Shown in pieces: positions 38,065 through 51,495 of a stretch of DNA of 64,000 bases. Location of the stretch: positions 149,916,001-149,980,000 of the forward strand of contig OX597817.1 in the NCBI GenBank assembly GCA_951406725.2, in the 5' to 3' direction. Source of the DNA: Octopus vulgaris. Lineage: Eukaryota. The translations under genes were made by a program, and so were the position numbers. Within the stretch, counting starts at the first letter, position 1. Each line of letters begins with the position of its first letter. Under the pieces are notes generated by a model, which ran no database searches, was not told the origin of the DNA, and worked only from the letters and a program-made list of their open reading frames with translations.

Positions 38065-38455
38065 TCTCTCTCTATATAAAGCTGAAGTTGTCTGTATGCG
38101 GCAGGTTTGGTAGCCTTCAACTAACACTATCTCCTCCGAGACCCTGCGGCACAAGTTGACCAAAATTGAGAGTATGATAGAAGAAGGGTTGCTCTTCTTT
38201 CCGTAGAAGATAAAATTGAAATCGGACCATGTTAACACCAAAAATTATTTACATCAAAAAGCTGCTTTTTTCTATGAAAATCCCTATTTTTTACCATTTT
38301 TTCACTGCTGTGTCACCACTTTTCGGTGTATTTCAACCAGAAAAATGTTCACTTGAACACAATAACAAGCTACATAATGCAAAATTTTTACTTTTCAAAA
38401 ATTCCAATTCCAGCGGGTCAAAACAAACCCGAGCAACGTCGAGTGATACTGCTAG
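38065..38455 (+). mobile_element. non-autonomous Helitron
   Basis: A|TC...TATAAAG 5' end, a subterminal imperfect hairpin CCCGAGCAACGTCGAG, and a CTAG|T 3' end. Confidence 0.85.
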
Positions 38456-38486
<31 letters not shown>

Positions 38487-38640
38487 GTGTATATATATAT
38501 ATTTGATTAATTTACTCCACCACCTACACCACCAAATGGTATATACAGCTGCTTACAATTATCAAGTACTCACCCTGAATTTTTGTACCCAACTATATAT
38601 ATATATATATACATGCTGGTGGCACATAAAAGCACCCCCA

Positions 38641-38828
38641 TCGGCATGATAGATCGTTAGCCACTACACATTTTCTTTCTCTCCTTGTTTTTTCTGTGTC
38701 CCTTTCTGTAGAAGAGTGTAGGCTCGAAACGTAAATGACTTTTTCTATTCCTGAGTGTTATACTAATACATCTGTTTGTTTTCTACACCACCTGTCTTCG
38801 TCTTTTGTTTTTTTCATAAACTCTCCCT
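38641..38828 (+). mobile_element. short element followed by (TA)n, A6U hammerhead family (motif 38702-38737)
   Basis: CUUU-CUGUAGA-A-GAGU-GUAG-GCUC-GAAAC-GUA-AAUG. Confidence 0.7.
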
Positions 38829-41800
38829 ATATATATATATATATATTTTTTTTTTTTTTGACAGGCTTCTTTCACTTTTCATCTACCAAATCCACTCACA
38901 AGGCTTTGGTTGGCCTGAGGCTATAGCAGAAGACACTTGCCCAAGGTGTCCGGAACCATGTGGCTGGCAAGCAAACTACTTACCACACAGCCACTCCTGC
39001 TCATAATAAACTCACAATAACAATCTAAACTTCAAGCATAATGCAATTTATGAATGATACTACAAGCAGTCACTTTAAATTATTGTCACTACCTCAACTA
39101 TTTATCACAACTGACATGTATTGATGAGAATGAAAAAAATTTCTTTTATGCATAAAATATTATGCAGTTATTTATAAAGTTATTTATACATAACACATTG
39201 GAAAAAATTTGAAGTTTTTCAAACAAAATTGTTACACAATTTTTGATTGAAAAATTATATAAAAAAAAAAGAAAGAAAATAAAGAAAAAAATGATTGCTC
39301 ATTTATGATATCTTCAGAGATTAGAGTCAGACTCATAAATGTGTTTATGATTCTTAGCTTCAAATAAATCAAAAACAAAAGGAAAATTAGTAATTAAATT
39401 CTTTTGAATACTATTTTTTTTCACCAGTTTTTTTTTTCTGTTTTTGATTTGATTTGTTTGGTTTTTTTTACACTGGATTGAACTCCCCAATACAGATAAT
39501 GGAAACACATTTTAATTTCTAATTAATTAATGATAAATATTAATTGGGTAATGACCAAATTGAATGAAGAGAATCAGACGTTTTATTTCACTATAGATGC
39601 AGGCATGGCTGTGTGGATAAGGAATCTGCTTGCAACAATGAGGATTTAGGTTCAACACCTTTGGCAGGTGTCTTCCACTATAGCCTCTGTCCAACCAATT
39701 CAGATGAAAACTACCTGAAGCCCTTCACTTGTGTGTATGTGTGTGAGAAAGAGAGAAAGAGAAATATGGTGTGTGTATGTGCTTCTGCATGTGCATGCAT
39801 GTGTGTGTGTGTTTGTGTGCATGCACATGAGTGCATGTATATGTATGAATGTTTGAATTCTACACTTTCAATGATGTATGAAATAGAAAGACCCCTTATT
39901 CCAAAAACAAGGGTATGTAGTCATCTAACTTTTACTAACATCATCATCGTCATTTGAGGTCCGTTTTCCATGCTGGTATGGGTTGGATGGTTTGACTGAG
40001 GTCTGAAGAGCCAGTGGCTGTACCAGGCTCCAATCTGATCTGGCAATGTTTCTACAGCTGGATGCCCTTCATAAAGCCAACCACTCAGAGAGTGTAGTGG
40101 GTGCTTTTTACATGCCACTGGCACGGGGGCCAGGCTGGCATTACTGGCATTGATCACATTCAGATAGTGCTTTTTACGTGCCACCAGCACAGGGGTCAAT
40201 TGGGGGTACTGGCATGGGTCACGTTTGGTTGGTGCATTTTACGTGCCACCAGCATGAGAACCAGTCAGGGAGTACTGAGAGAAGAAAATATAAAATGAAC
40301 AAACTTGTGTGTGTGTGTGTGTGTGTGTGTGTCTCTCTCTCTCTCATCTTGACTAGAATAACAATAATTTCTAACAGAGGTATAAGGCCTGAAATCAGTG
40401 GAAGTAGCTTAGTCACTCAAGTTGGCGCTTATTGGACCTTGGCAGGATTTGAACTCAGAACATGGAAGTCTGAAAGAAATACAGGAAGATGCCATATGCA
40501 AGTGCCAGACACACCAATGATTCTGCCAAACCACTGCCCTTACCAACAATAATTTAAGCGTTGTCAAAATTTGAGCAAACATCAAATGCTATAAGCAGCA
40601 ATCAAAAATTCATTAGCAACGACCAAGTCACAATACCCTGCCATGTTATGACTGTTGAGACTGATAAGGAAATCAAAGCAAGTCATCCAGACATTATTAT
40701 TTAATGTCTGTTTATCAACAGATAACCGGAAAACTGCTTGAATGGAAATTGGAAAATGATGGAAATGTAATTATTTAGGAATAGAAACAAAACGTATCTG
40801 GGGCTAAACATAGACATCAGTGGCTTTCACCAGATGACTTTATACCCACCAGCTTCATGCAACCAGCCCCAGTCCATTTAAAGTACCTTGGATTGCAGGA
40901 CGGCCTGCTGTGCTCACCTTGGATCGTGGGGTGACCTGCTGTGCTTGAGGAGACCTATTCAGTCAAGTACATCAACATTAAAATAAAAATCAAATGGAAA
41001 TTGTAGTTGTGATACCCATGCTGGTGGCATGTAAAAAGCACCATCCGAACATGGCCGATGCCAGTGCTGCCTTGGCTGGCTTCCGTGCCGGTGGCAAGTA
41101 AAAAGCACTGATAGTGGCCATTGCCAGCCTCCTCTGGCCCATGCTGGTGGCATGTAAAAAGCACCCACTACACTCATGGAGTGGTTGGCATTAGGAAGGG
41201 CATCCAGCTGTAGAAACACTGCCAGAGCAGACTGGAGCAGCCTCCTGGCTTCCCAGACCCCGGTCAAACTGTCCAACCCATGCTAGCATGGAAAACGGAT
41301 GTTAAACGATGATGGTAATGATGATGATGCATGGCAGATACTGGTATCCCACAACTGGTACCCGTGCTGGTGGCACATAAAAGCACTCATTACACTCTCG
41401 GAGTTGTTGGCATTGGGAAGGACATCCAGCCATAGAAACCATGCCATATCAGACTGGAGTCTGGCGTAGCCCCTCAGCTTACCAGCCTTGGTCAAACCAT
41501 CCAACCCATGCCAGTATGCACAATGGATGCTAAATGATGATACATATATACTACTACATCATCATCATCATCATCATTTAACATCCATTTTCCATGCTGG
41601 CATGGGTTTGATGGTTCAAATTGAACTGATGAACCAAAGGACTGTGCAGAGCTCCAATATCTGCTTTGGTAATGGTTTCTACAGTTACATGCCCTTCCCA
41701 GTTCCACCCACTTCACAGAAAGTACTAGGTGCTTTTTTTTTTTTGTAGCACCAGCACTTCTGAGGTTACCAAGTATCCACATAGCAAGACCCCTTAACTG

Positions 41801-41931
41801 AGTAGCTCACAATATTGAGGGATATGAAAGTACAATAAAGGGACAGGAGCTGATGTCTTGCTGAAAAGGCAATATAAATCCACAATACAATAAAAAATAC
41901 CATCATAAAGATTGAAGAGTTTAGTAAGGTA

Positions 41932-42412
41932 TTAACCTTTTTGTTACCATATTTCTGTTGAGATGCTCTGTGTTTTTTTTTTTCAATTAATTTTAAATAT
42001 AATGAAGAATTTAGTAAAATAACTTAGTTACCATTAAGCTAGTATTAGGAACATAAATTGTGACTAAGGTTTGGTGGAAGATTATATTTCAGAACTATTG
42101 AAAACAAGACATTTGTACTACAAAGCCAGAGGTGGTTTCAGCTGGATAGGTATCAAAGAATTGTTTCTCTATAATATATTTTTTAACCCTTTCATTACCA
42201 TATTTATTTTGAGATGCTCTGCGTTTCTTTCAATTAATTTTAAATATAACAAAGAATTTAGTAAAACAACTTAATTGTCATTAAGCTAGTATTAAGAACA
42301 TAAATTGTGACTAAGATTTGGTGGAAGATTTTAATTCAAAGCTTTTGAAAACAAGATATTTGTACAACAGAGCCAGAGGCAGTTTCAGTCGGGTAGGTAT
42401 CAAAAGGGTTAA
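41932..42412 (-). mobile_element. piggyBac-like MITE family A, dimer (reverse orientation)
   Basis: Two units joined by GAATTGTTTCTCTATAATAT. Confidence 0.85.
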
Positions 42413-43179
42413 GTCATCATTCCCTCTTCCCAGGCAACACATTACTGATAGCCATCACTCTCTTTCTCACATCTCCCCTACCTTCGTTCCAATCACTGTT
42501 TTGTACGATCATGCTAGTGTTCCCTTCATCGTTCAACCTGGTTGTCTTCAGTTACCATTCTATTTGCTGTTCACCTTTTTAGTTATATTGCCTTAAGTGA
42601 ATAGAGGCTGTACAAAATAATGAAGACTTTTTAATCCTCACTGCCTTATGCTTTGCATGAAGCAAACTCATTAGGGTTGACAGTGACAGATATAAAAAAA
42701 TGCACCCGATACACCCTATAAAGTGGTTAGTGATTGAGCAGAGATAATATTAGGTTGAGAGAACCTTGTAGTCTTGTCAAAGATGTGACAACCTCTCTCA
42801 TGCTGATGTCATGATAAACTGCACCAAGTACTCCCTAAGCCTGACAAAATCTAGGACAGCCACAACACCAACACAATAAAGAAAGATATAATATCTGATT
42901 TATTAGAGTATATTTTGATAAAGTGTGTGACAAATCATGTTACTGCCACAAGAAACACATAACTATTTGCCTGAGTCAATTTAGATGAAAATAAGTAAAC
43001 CTCTCTATAGAAGTAGAGCTTAAATACTTGGAGATTAGCATTTGGAAAGACATTCTATCATAAGACACTTTGTTCTTAGAGACACTCTTTGTACAAATAT
43101 CAGAATTTGCAGATATATTCAAACTGTAACATCATTAATTGTTTTTAATGGATGAGTTTGTTTGTTTGTTTGTTTGTTT

Positions 43180-43760
43180 TTTTTAGATAATTTAGATAGC
43201 TTCTGGTACTTAGGTGACCTAATTAGCCGCAGATGAAGATGTTCTGAAAATATAGTTCCGAGAATAAGAACTGATCATAGAAAGTTCAAAGCACTCTCAT
43301 ACACTCTCTCTCTCTCTCTCAGCTTAAAAGGTTGATTCAGAGTAAAAAGGCTGATTGCATGATGCTTATGCACAAATAGTAATGCTACATGAGTAGTGAC
43401 ACATGGGACCTGAATGCAGTGGGGTATGCAAAGGAAGAAAAGAAGTTAAAATGCTCCATTGACTGTGCAACATCAGTATGTAGATACGACAAAGTACAAA
43501 TATGCTGAAAGAAAAATTTGGGCTTAAGAGGAATTAGATGTTGTGTGCAAGAGAGAGGATTCTGTGGTGAATATGGATGTGGACAACTTCATAAAGAAGT
43601 GCTGGTCATTTAGAGTGGATGGAACTTATGGAAGGAGACCCAGAGAAATGTGGGATAAAGTAGGGATGAGTGACTCAGGATGCTGAACCTCACAGGAGAT
43701 GATAAACAACGAAGATGATTGGCAATTCACTAGGCTTGAGAAAACTTATCCATCATGGAA
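43180..43760 (+). mobile_element. degenerate RTE-like LINE 3' region
   Basis: Remnants of F-x-YLG and L(H/Y)GSETW-like segments, plus a GRP-x-x-(T)W 3' motif; many stops. Confidence 0.5.
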
Positions 43761-44594
43761 AAACTGAGATACTACAAGCATTATATTTATATCTATACAT
43801 ACATTGGGCCCTGCCCCTAATCTATCCTAGTCAAATTTTCCCCACCTCTTCCTAACATCTATCCCTTCATTACCTTTCTAACTACAGTACTATTCATCTG
43901 CTGCAATTATATGAGAACAGGATTCCACACATTTCATCACCTCTTGTGCTACCAGTTATCCCTAGCCCTGGAACCACGTTTTTTGAAATCCATCCCTTAT
44001 TCTCAATATTATCCCTTCCCACTTTATTTTTCCCTGATCACCTTTTCTATGTTGTTAGCTACTTCTCTGTTTCCACAGAGTTACATCTTAAGACTTCCAC
44101 ATCTGATCCTTAACTTCGTTTCATAATCTGCCAATGACTGCACCCCACTTTTGCTCACTACTCACTGCATCCACACCTATGTACCTCTGACTTCCATCTC
44201 TGTCACTGTACATCTCTCTCTCTCTCTAATCACTACCATCTTCATCTCTCTTTCCAGCTACTCTCACCCATCATTTATATAATGCAGGATAACCATGTAT
44301 CTCCTCAACAGCAAGATAGCTATTCCTGTCCTTCTATCACCTTCACTTCTCACTACCAAATATAAAATCACCTCTCTCCACTACACCCCCCATTCAATCA
44401 AAGGAGCCTTTTTTTTTTGTCTTGAAAATTACTTGGTGACTTCACAAGTGCTGATGCCACAAACAAAGCACCCAGTACACTCTGTAGAACGTTTGGTTAA
44501 GGAAGAGCATTCAGCCATAGAAAGTAGAAACTGGAGCATCATGCAGTCCCCTGGCTCATCAGATACTCTTGAACTATCCCACCTATTCTAGCAT

Positions 44595-44903
44595 ATGTGG
44601 AGAATATCTCAAAGTGGAGGCATATGGCCTAGTGGTTAGAGCAGCAGACTCATGGTCGAGGGATCACAGGTTTGAATCTCAGACCGGGCGATGTGTGTGT
44701 TTATGAGCGAAACACCTAAGCTCCACGCAGCTCCAGCAGAAGTTTAATGGTGAACTTCTGCTGACTCTTTCGTCACAAATTTCTCTCACTCTTTCCTCCT
44801 GCATCTTGCAGCTCATCAGCATCCCATCCAGGTGGGGAACCTATATGCCAAGGAAACCGGGAAACCAGCCCTTATGAGCCAGGCATGGCTCGAGAAGGAA
44901 CAA
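44595..44903 (+). mobile_element. V-domain-like tRNA SINE
   Basis: tRNA head TGGCCTAGTGG...GGTTTGAATC; 14-bp TSD ACCTATTCTAGCAT. Confidence 0.8.
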
Positions 44904-45070
44904 ACCTATTCTAGCATGGAAGATAGGCATTAAATGATGATAATAATGGTGATAGTGGTGATGGGGAGGACAAGGAGAAAGAGGATGAAAAACAAAGACT
45001 GAAAAAAATAAATAAATAAACAAATAAATGAACTGATAAGCATATAAAAGAATAAGAAACAGTAACTTAC

Positions 45071-45336
45071 CAACTGTTTGACCTTTCTGTCAAACTGGGC
45101 AGTTGGTGAGTCTGAGATTTTGAGCACAACATCACAGCTGTTGATGTAAAATGTGTCAAAGGTGAGTAACACAAACTGGTACTTGCTTCTCGACGATGCT
45201 CCCAATATGAACTGGCAGTCTTTGTCTGAATTTGGACTTCGTGGGGCAGTGATTTTGCCAACAATTATTGCACATTGATCGTCTTCAAGCCATTTGATCC
45301 GGATTTTACTACAGTGGATTGGATCATCAAGACCAT
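45071..45336 (-). CDS. CUB-like membrane protein, coding exon 2 (YGLDDPIHCSK...DCQFILGASSRSKYQFVLLTFDTFYINSCDVVLKISDSPTAQFDRKVKQL)
   Basis: Acceptor tttttacttcag, donor gtaagt, 266 nt open, phase 1 to phase 0. The C-x-F-x-L...LLTFDTF...CD-x-x-L-x-I-x-D pattern resembles CUB strands. Confidence 0.88.
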
Positions 45337-45695
45337 CTGAAGTAAAAAGATAAGTGATAACAAGATTAACCCTTTCGTTACCGTATTTCTGCTAAGATGC
45401 TCTGTGTTTCTTTCAATTAATTTTAAATATAACAAAGAATTTAGTAAAATAACTTGGTTATCATTAAGCTAGTGTTACAAACATAAATTGTGACTAAGGT
45501 TTGGTGGAAGATTTTAATTTGAAACTTATGAAAACAAGGTGTAGGAGTGGCTGTGTGGTAAGTAGCTTGCTTACGAAGCACATGAACCAATTCAAAGACC
45601 CAGTTTCAATTTCTGGTTATAATGATTCCCTTCAACTTACATCACTGAACCCTTTTGATACTAACCCACCTGAGATCACCCTTAGTTCAAAAATA

Positions 45696-45957
45696 AAAAT
45701 TTTAAAAATGTTCCTTCTCGAGCCATGCCAGGCTCATTAGGGCTGGTTTCCCAGTTTCAGTGGTGTAGAAATTCCCCACCTGGATGGGACGCCAGTCTGT
45801 CGCAGGATTACTCATTATTGCCAGCTGAGTGAACTGGAGTAACGTGAAAATGAAGTGTTTTGCTCAAGAACACAACGCATCGCCCGGTCCAGGAATCGAA
45901 ACCACAACCTTACGATCATGAGTTCAACACCCCTAACCACTAAGCCATGCGCCTCCA
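45696..45957 (-). mobile_element. V-domain-like tRNA SINE (further copies about 33374-33675 (-) and 58135-58388 (+))
   Basis: CCTGCGACAGACTGGCGTCCCATCCAGG domain; 15-bp TSD CTTAGTTCAAAAATA. Confidence 0.8.
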
Positions 45958-47086
45958 CTTAGTTCAAAAATACAAATATCTAATTTTAAAAGAATCAAAA
46001 TTAAAATGTTTCATTAAAATTTTATGCAAATTTCTACTCTAGACACCAACTTAAGAACAAGGTTACTTTACTCAATTTCTTTTAATCGTTTCAGTCATTG
46101 AACTGCAACCATACAGGGGCACTACTATGATTCTTGAATATCTGGTACTTCCTACAAGGTATTTCAACAGAAACAGCGTAAGAAAATAGTTAAGCCATCA
46201 AAGAAGATATGAGCACATCGACATTCTCATTATACAACTGGAAGTTACTGCAGAGTGTAAGGGTTAGCTTCTGCCAGAAACAGATATATTTCTGTGTCAA
46301 GGAAATACCAATGATCAAATTGAATAGAAAGTTCAGAATCATCATTATTTAACATCTGCTTTTCATGCTGGCATGGGTTGGATGGTTTGACCAGAGCTGG
46401 CAAGCTGTACCAGGTTCCAGTCTGATTTGGCTTGGCTTCTATGGCTTGATGCCCTTCCTAATGCCAACCACTTTACAGAGTTATGCTGGGTGCTTTTCAC
46501 ATGGCACTTGTATGGGTTGATTCTATGTGGCCTGGCATGGGTGCTCTTTATGTGGCCCAGCACAGATGCTCCTTAAATGGTGCTGGCACAGGTGATCTTC
46601 ATGTGGTACAGGCACGGGTGCTTTTACATCTGGAATCAGCACGGGTGCTTTTACACATGGCACCAACATGGATGTGTTCATGTAAAACTGGCACAAGTAT
46701 GGGTTGAGTTTTATGTCACAAAAAAGCTCCAAGTACACTCTTTAAAGTGGTCGGCATTAAAAAGGGCATCCAGCTCTGTTGGAACCCTACCAAGGCAGAT
46801 ATGAGAAAACAATACAGCTGTCAGGCTAGATGGATCCTGCGAAACCATCCACCTCATACCAAGGTGGAATATGGACATTAAATAATGAAGAAGATGAGGA
46901 AATATTCAAGATATTTGATATTTATATTTGAGGAGTGTGGAACCACTTCTTAGCCACAACTGTTCCCAGGTTTACCAACCAGGGTCCCAGTTATGTATTA
47001 ATTAGCATATCATCGAACTGCCTCCAGAAGATCCCTCACAGACACACCCAACAGACCAAGGGCAGATGAAGCACTTTAGTTACTCA

Positions 47087-47315
47087 TTTAACCTTTTCAT
47101 TACCAACCTGGCTGAAACCAGCTCTGGCTCTGAGTACAAATATCTTGTTTTCGTAAGTTTTGAATTAAAATCTTCCACCAAACCTTAGTCACAATTTATG
47201 TTCCTAACACCAGCTTAATGATAACTAAGTTATTTTACTAAATTCTTTGTTATATTTAAAGTAACTGAAAGAAACACAGAGCATCTCAAATTAAATACAG
47301 TAATGAAAGGGTTAA
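47087..47315 (+). mobile_element. piggyBac-like MITE family A monomer (partial copies also at about 23725-23924 and 45367-45538)
   Basis: TTAA-bounded, same internal sequence. Confidence 0.85.
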
Positions 47316-47961
47316 AGGAAGATAATTTCACACAAAAATACCTGCAATTCTGCAAGAGAAATAGTTAGGAAATTAATTAAAAACTTAAACAATCCAAAAA
47401 TAATTCCAGTGGGAATGAAGAATTAACCTTTTAGAATTCAGATTATTCTATCAAATTCTATTAAATTAATCATGCATTTTTCATGGTTTTGAGATTTCAA
47501 TGATGTGATTCTAATTATAAAATGACACTGTAAGGTAAGTGTGAAAAGCTAGATCTGACCACTTTGAAGATAAAACAGGTAAAATATTTTGGCTGGATAT
47601 GACCAACTGAAATGCTGAAGAGTTAAAGAAAATAGTCATGAGCCATATTCCAAAGGAATAGGCATCTGAGCTCTCAATGAATCAAGTCTGTTTTGATTCT
47701 TCAATTTAACTGGAAAAGTATGAATATCAGCTTTTGCATCATGTTATATTCATTTCTTCTCTCTCTCTCTATCTTTCTGAAGTCAATAATTCTAATTATC
47801 TCTTTATTTACAGTGTCAACTAATTACGAATAATCAAGCAGAAGATATAAATATTTGGAGTATGGTTATTTATCTGAAGAGAGAGCAAAGAGAGAAGAAA
47901 TAAAGATTGACAACCTGTTTGTGTTTGAGGCAAAATGAGAATTATTAAGTTTTTCACTTAC

Positions 47962-48034
47962 AGCGTTTCGTTTCACATGCTTCACAAAGGAGTATTACCA
48001 ACACAAACACTAACACCTGGATTTCTTGTCCCAT
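47962..48034 (-). CDS. CUB-like type I membrane protein, coding exon 1 (signal peptide MGQEIQVLVFVLVILLCEACETKR)
   Basis: Acceptor ttttgcag places the exon start at 48052. ATG at 48034; donor gtaagt after 47962. Hydrophobic N-terminus. Phase 1 joins the next exon (T+AT = Tyr). Confidence 0.85.
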
Positions 48035-51000
48035 GTTTAAGTTTCTTAGCAACTGCAAAATAAATAAATGCAGTAGTGAATAAAACACCATAAAAAAAAA
48101 CAAATAAATAATCAAGCATTCAATACATGTTTCCTCAATCAAGCAAAGTTAAACAGATCAATAAATGGCAGCATTTTTGCACACTGTAATTTCTTCTTTC
48201 ACCAACATAGTTATGGCTAATGTCAGAAAATTCAACCATAAAACTTCCAAAACTATACAAATATACAGCAATGTGTTCATGCTCAAAATAATAATTACCA
48301 ATCAAATTGTTCTTTTATAATTGTTTTTAACTTGAGATCATCATCATCCCCATCATTGTCCTTTTTTGTGTTTTAATATCCCCTTTTCCTTATTTGCAAG
48401 GGCCAGATGGAGTTTATTGCGACAGATTTTCTACAGTCGAATGCCCATCCTGTCACTAAACCTTACCTCTTTCCAAGCAAGATCATATATCTCTATTGTC
48501 AGGTATGTTTCCACAGGATATTGGAAATTAATGACACTGCTTGTATGATGGTGACACTCATTTACATCTGTTACTCCATATGAAGTCAAGGAGACAAAAA
48601 CATACACACACTCGCATCACATACATATACATACATACAAATAAACAAAAATACCCTGTTGTTGATGTTGAAATTCCAATGAAGGAACCTTATTAGATTT
48701 AGGTCAGAAACCGGTTCTTTCTCTATTGGCAAGAAATTTTGAAATAAACTGAATAATGACATACATACATACATACATATTGTTGAGACCCCCTTCAGTC
48801 ATGACTGACCATGGGATTGCACCTAGAAAGTTACCCTCCCAGGCACAAGTCCAGGCAAGGTTGTTTATGGAAGACCAGCAGTCGCCCATGCATAACGGCC
48901 TCCCCTCTCCACACCACCAGTGTTATCCAAGGGAAAGGCAAAGGCCAATACAGCTTGGCACCATTGACATCACAACTTATTTCTACTGCTGAGTGAACTG
49001 GTAAGAAATTTGCTTCCTAACCACATGTTTTCAGGTTCATTTCCACTGTGTGGCATCTTGGGCAAGTGTCTTCTACTTTAGCCTCAGGCCAACCAAAGCC
49101 TTGTGAGTTGATTTGGTAGACGGAAACTGAAAGAAGCTTTTGCATATGTGTGTGTCTTTGTGTTTGCCCTCACCACTGCTTGACAATTGGTGTTGGTGTG
49201 TTTACATCTCTATAATTTAGCAGTTAAGCAAAAGACACTGACAGAATAAGTGCCTGGCTTTAAAAAGAATAAGTACCAGGGTCAATTTGGTTGAGTGAAA
49301 TTCAAGGCAATGCCCCAGTATGACCACACTCTAGTGACTGAAGCAAGTAAAAGATATATGTGTGTGTGTGTGTGTGTGTGAGTGTGTACGTGCATGTATG
49401 TGCACATGTGTATCATCATCATCGTTTAACGTCCGCTTTCCATGCTAGCATGGGTTGGACGATTTGATTGAGGACTGGCGAACTAGATAGCTGCACTAGG
49501 CTCTAATCTTGATCTGGCAGAGTTTCTACAGCTGGATGCCCTTCCTAATGCCAACCACTCCGAGAGTGTAGTGGGTGCTTTTACGTGCCACTGGCACAAG
49601 GGCCAGTCAGACAGTACTGGCAACGGCCATGCTCAAATGGTGTTTTTTACGTGCCACCTGAACAGAAGCCAGTCCAGCGGCACTGGCAATGATCATGCTT
49701 GGATGGTGCTCTTAGCGCTCCACTAGCATGGATGCCTATCATCGAATTTGATTTCGATTTCACTTGCCTCAACAGGTCTATATTTATGAAATCATATTTC
49801 CCATGTGTTCATTGGTTTGTAAACAATGGCTTCTTGATAGTGTCCTTTGCTTTCAGTCCAACCAAAAAGCATGTCTGGCCTCTTTGACATGTTGCACAAT
49901 CTTTATAAACAGAAGGCTCACTCATTCAGAGATGTTACTTTCTAATTCTCTGTATAAGACATGTCCAGGCTGTCTGTTCATCGATAGACTGGGAGATTAT
50001 TATTTTGCTTGGAAATATGTGGATTCTAGTAACGGGAAGAGTATCTGGATACAGAAAAACTCTACCTCGATGCACACACGTCTGTCCTATGCAAGCATGG
50101 AAAAGTAAATGTTAGAACAATGATGATGGTTTTTCTTTCATAAATCTTGTTTAGAATCTAGATTTCATACTGATGCACCAAAATATTTATTACCTTGGAT
50201 TTTGTTTCCATGAGACAACGTGACTGGCTTTGGAACAGATATGAACGGTTAACAAATAGAATTTGATATTCTTTTTTATTTTCATTCTTACATGAATTTC
50301 TTTCAGGATCCTTTGATCCTCTTCAAATCATAATTGTTTTTTGTTTTGTTGTTTTTCTACCAAACTTTTTTTTTTTTTTTTCTTTGGTTCTCAACAAACA
50401 GTTTTAGCAGCAATGAACACACAAAACAAGTTAACCATATGAGAGGAGTCGTGACTGTTGGCATTTCAGAAATCAATACTTTTATTACAAATGTATTTTG
50501 GACTGTCCCGTTTGATACAAGAAAGAAATTAAAATGCATTAGGTTAAAAAAAGAAACATGACTCGAATCTATAAATGAGTCAGGTGATATCGTATAAAAA
50601 GTCTTCTCTCATAAAATAAAAACTTTCTTGCAGGTTATGTTGTTTCGACGAACCATATTCTAAACACGAAAATTATACTTTCTAGGAAGAAAATGTAACA
50701 AAATACCAAAATTTTATAGCCTGAGTAGTTTTATTACTGTAATCAAGTGAAACCCTAAAATTTGAAGTTTGCTTATAATATTTTAGAACACAAAATGGGT
50801 ATTACTAAATTTAACTTTCTGAGGAAATTGGAGGAACCATTACAAGATTAGAACGAAGTAAAGCAAAAATTATTTTTAATAATTGTAAAATAATTATGTT
50901 TTATTTATAGTACACAGTTTGCAGATATGCAAATCATTTAGAAAAATGAGTTCAAACTTTATTTTTTCCAATTTAATTTAGCAATAAATATTGTATTTTT

Positions 51001-51495
51001 TGCATTTGAAATACAGAGTTAATGAGAAAAAAAAATACTGAAACCAACTTCCACTTATTTTGAATTAGAAGAGTAGTTGATGGTACAAAGGATATCCAGT
51101 TGCAGAAATCATGGAATGTATGAACAAAACATAGATTCTGCAAGCCATACTGCAGACTACCTATTTAGGAGGACAGTAACTTCAAATATGAACTAATAGA
51201 AGGTTGAGGGGGCACTTTAACCCTTCCATAGAGATCAATTGGTTTAGTACTGGTAACATGATAAAATACCTTCAGTCTACACTGTAATCTATACAAAACA
51301 ATGAAGCAGATCATTTTTCTTTGTGGCTGTGTGTGATAGAGAATGAAAACCACAAGAGAAGAGACAGACCTATCTAACTCATGCCAGCATGGAACAACAA
51401 ACATAATAAAATGATGACAACAGGGAAGAGGAGGAAGGGGAGGGCAGAGGAGGAGGGTAACAATAATAATAATGGCAACAACAGTGATGATCAAA

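Noticed and set aside
38229-38649. Duplicated ORFs at 38229/38326 and 51666/51712 as paralogous genes
   Set aside because: Both lie within copies of the same non-autonomous Helitron, and their frames are not conserved as a coherent protein.
48670-48721. Fifth hammerhead-like motif (CCAAUGA...GAAACCGGUUC) in a (CATA)n insert
   Set aside because: Two core mismatches and poor stem I register; needs a family consensus before calling.
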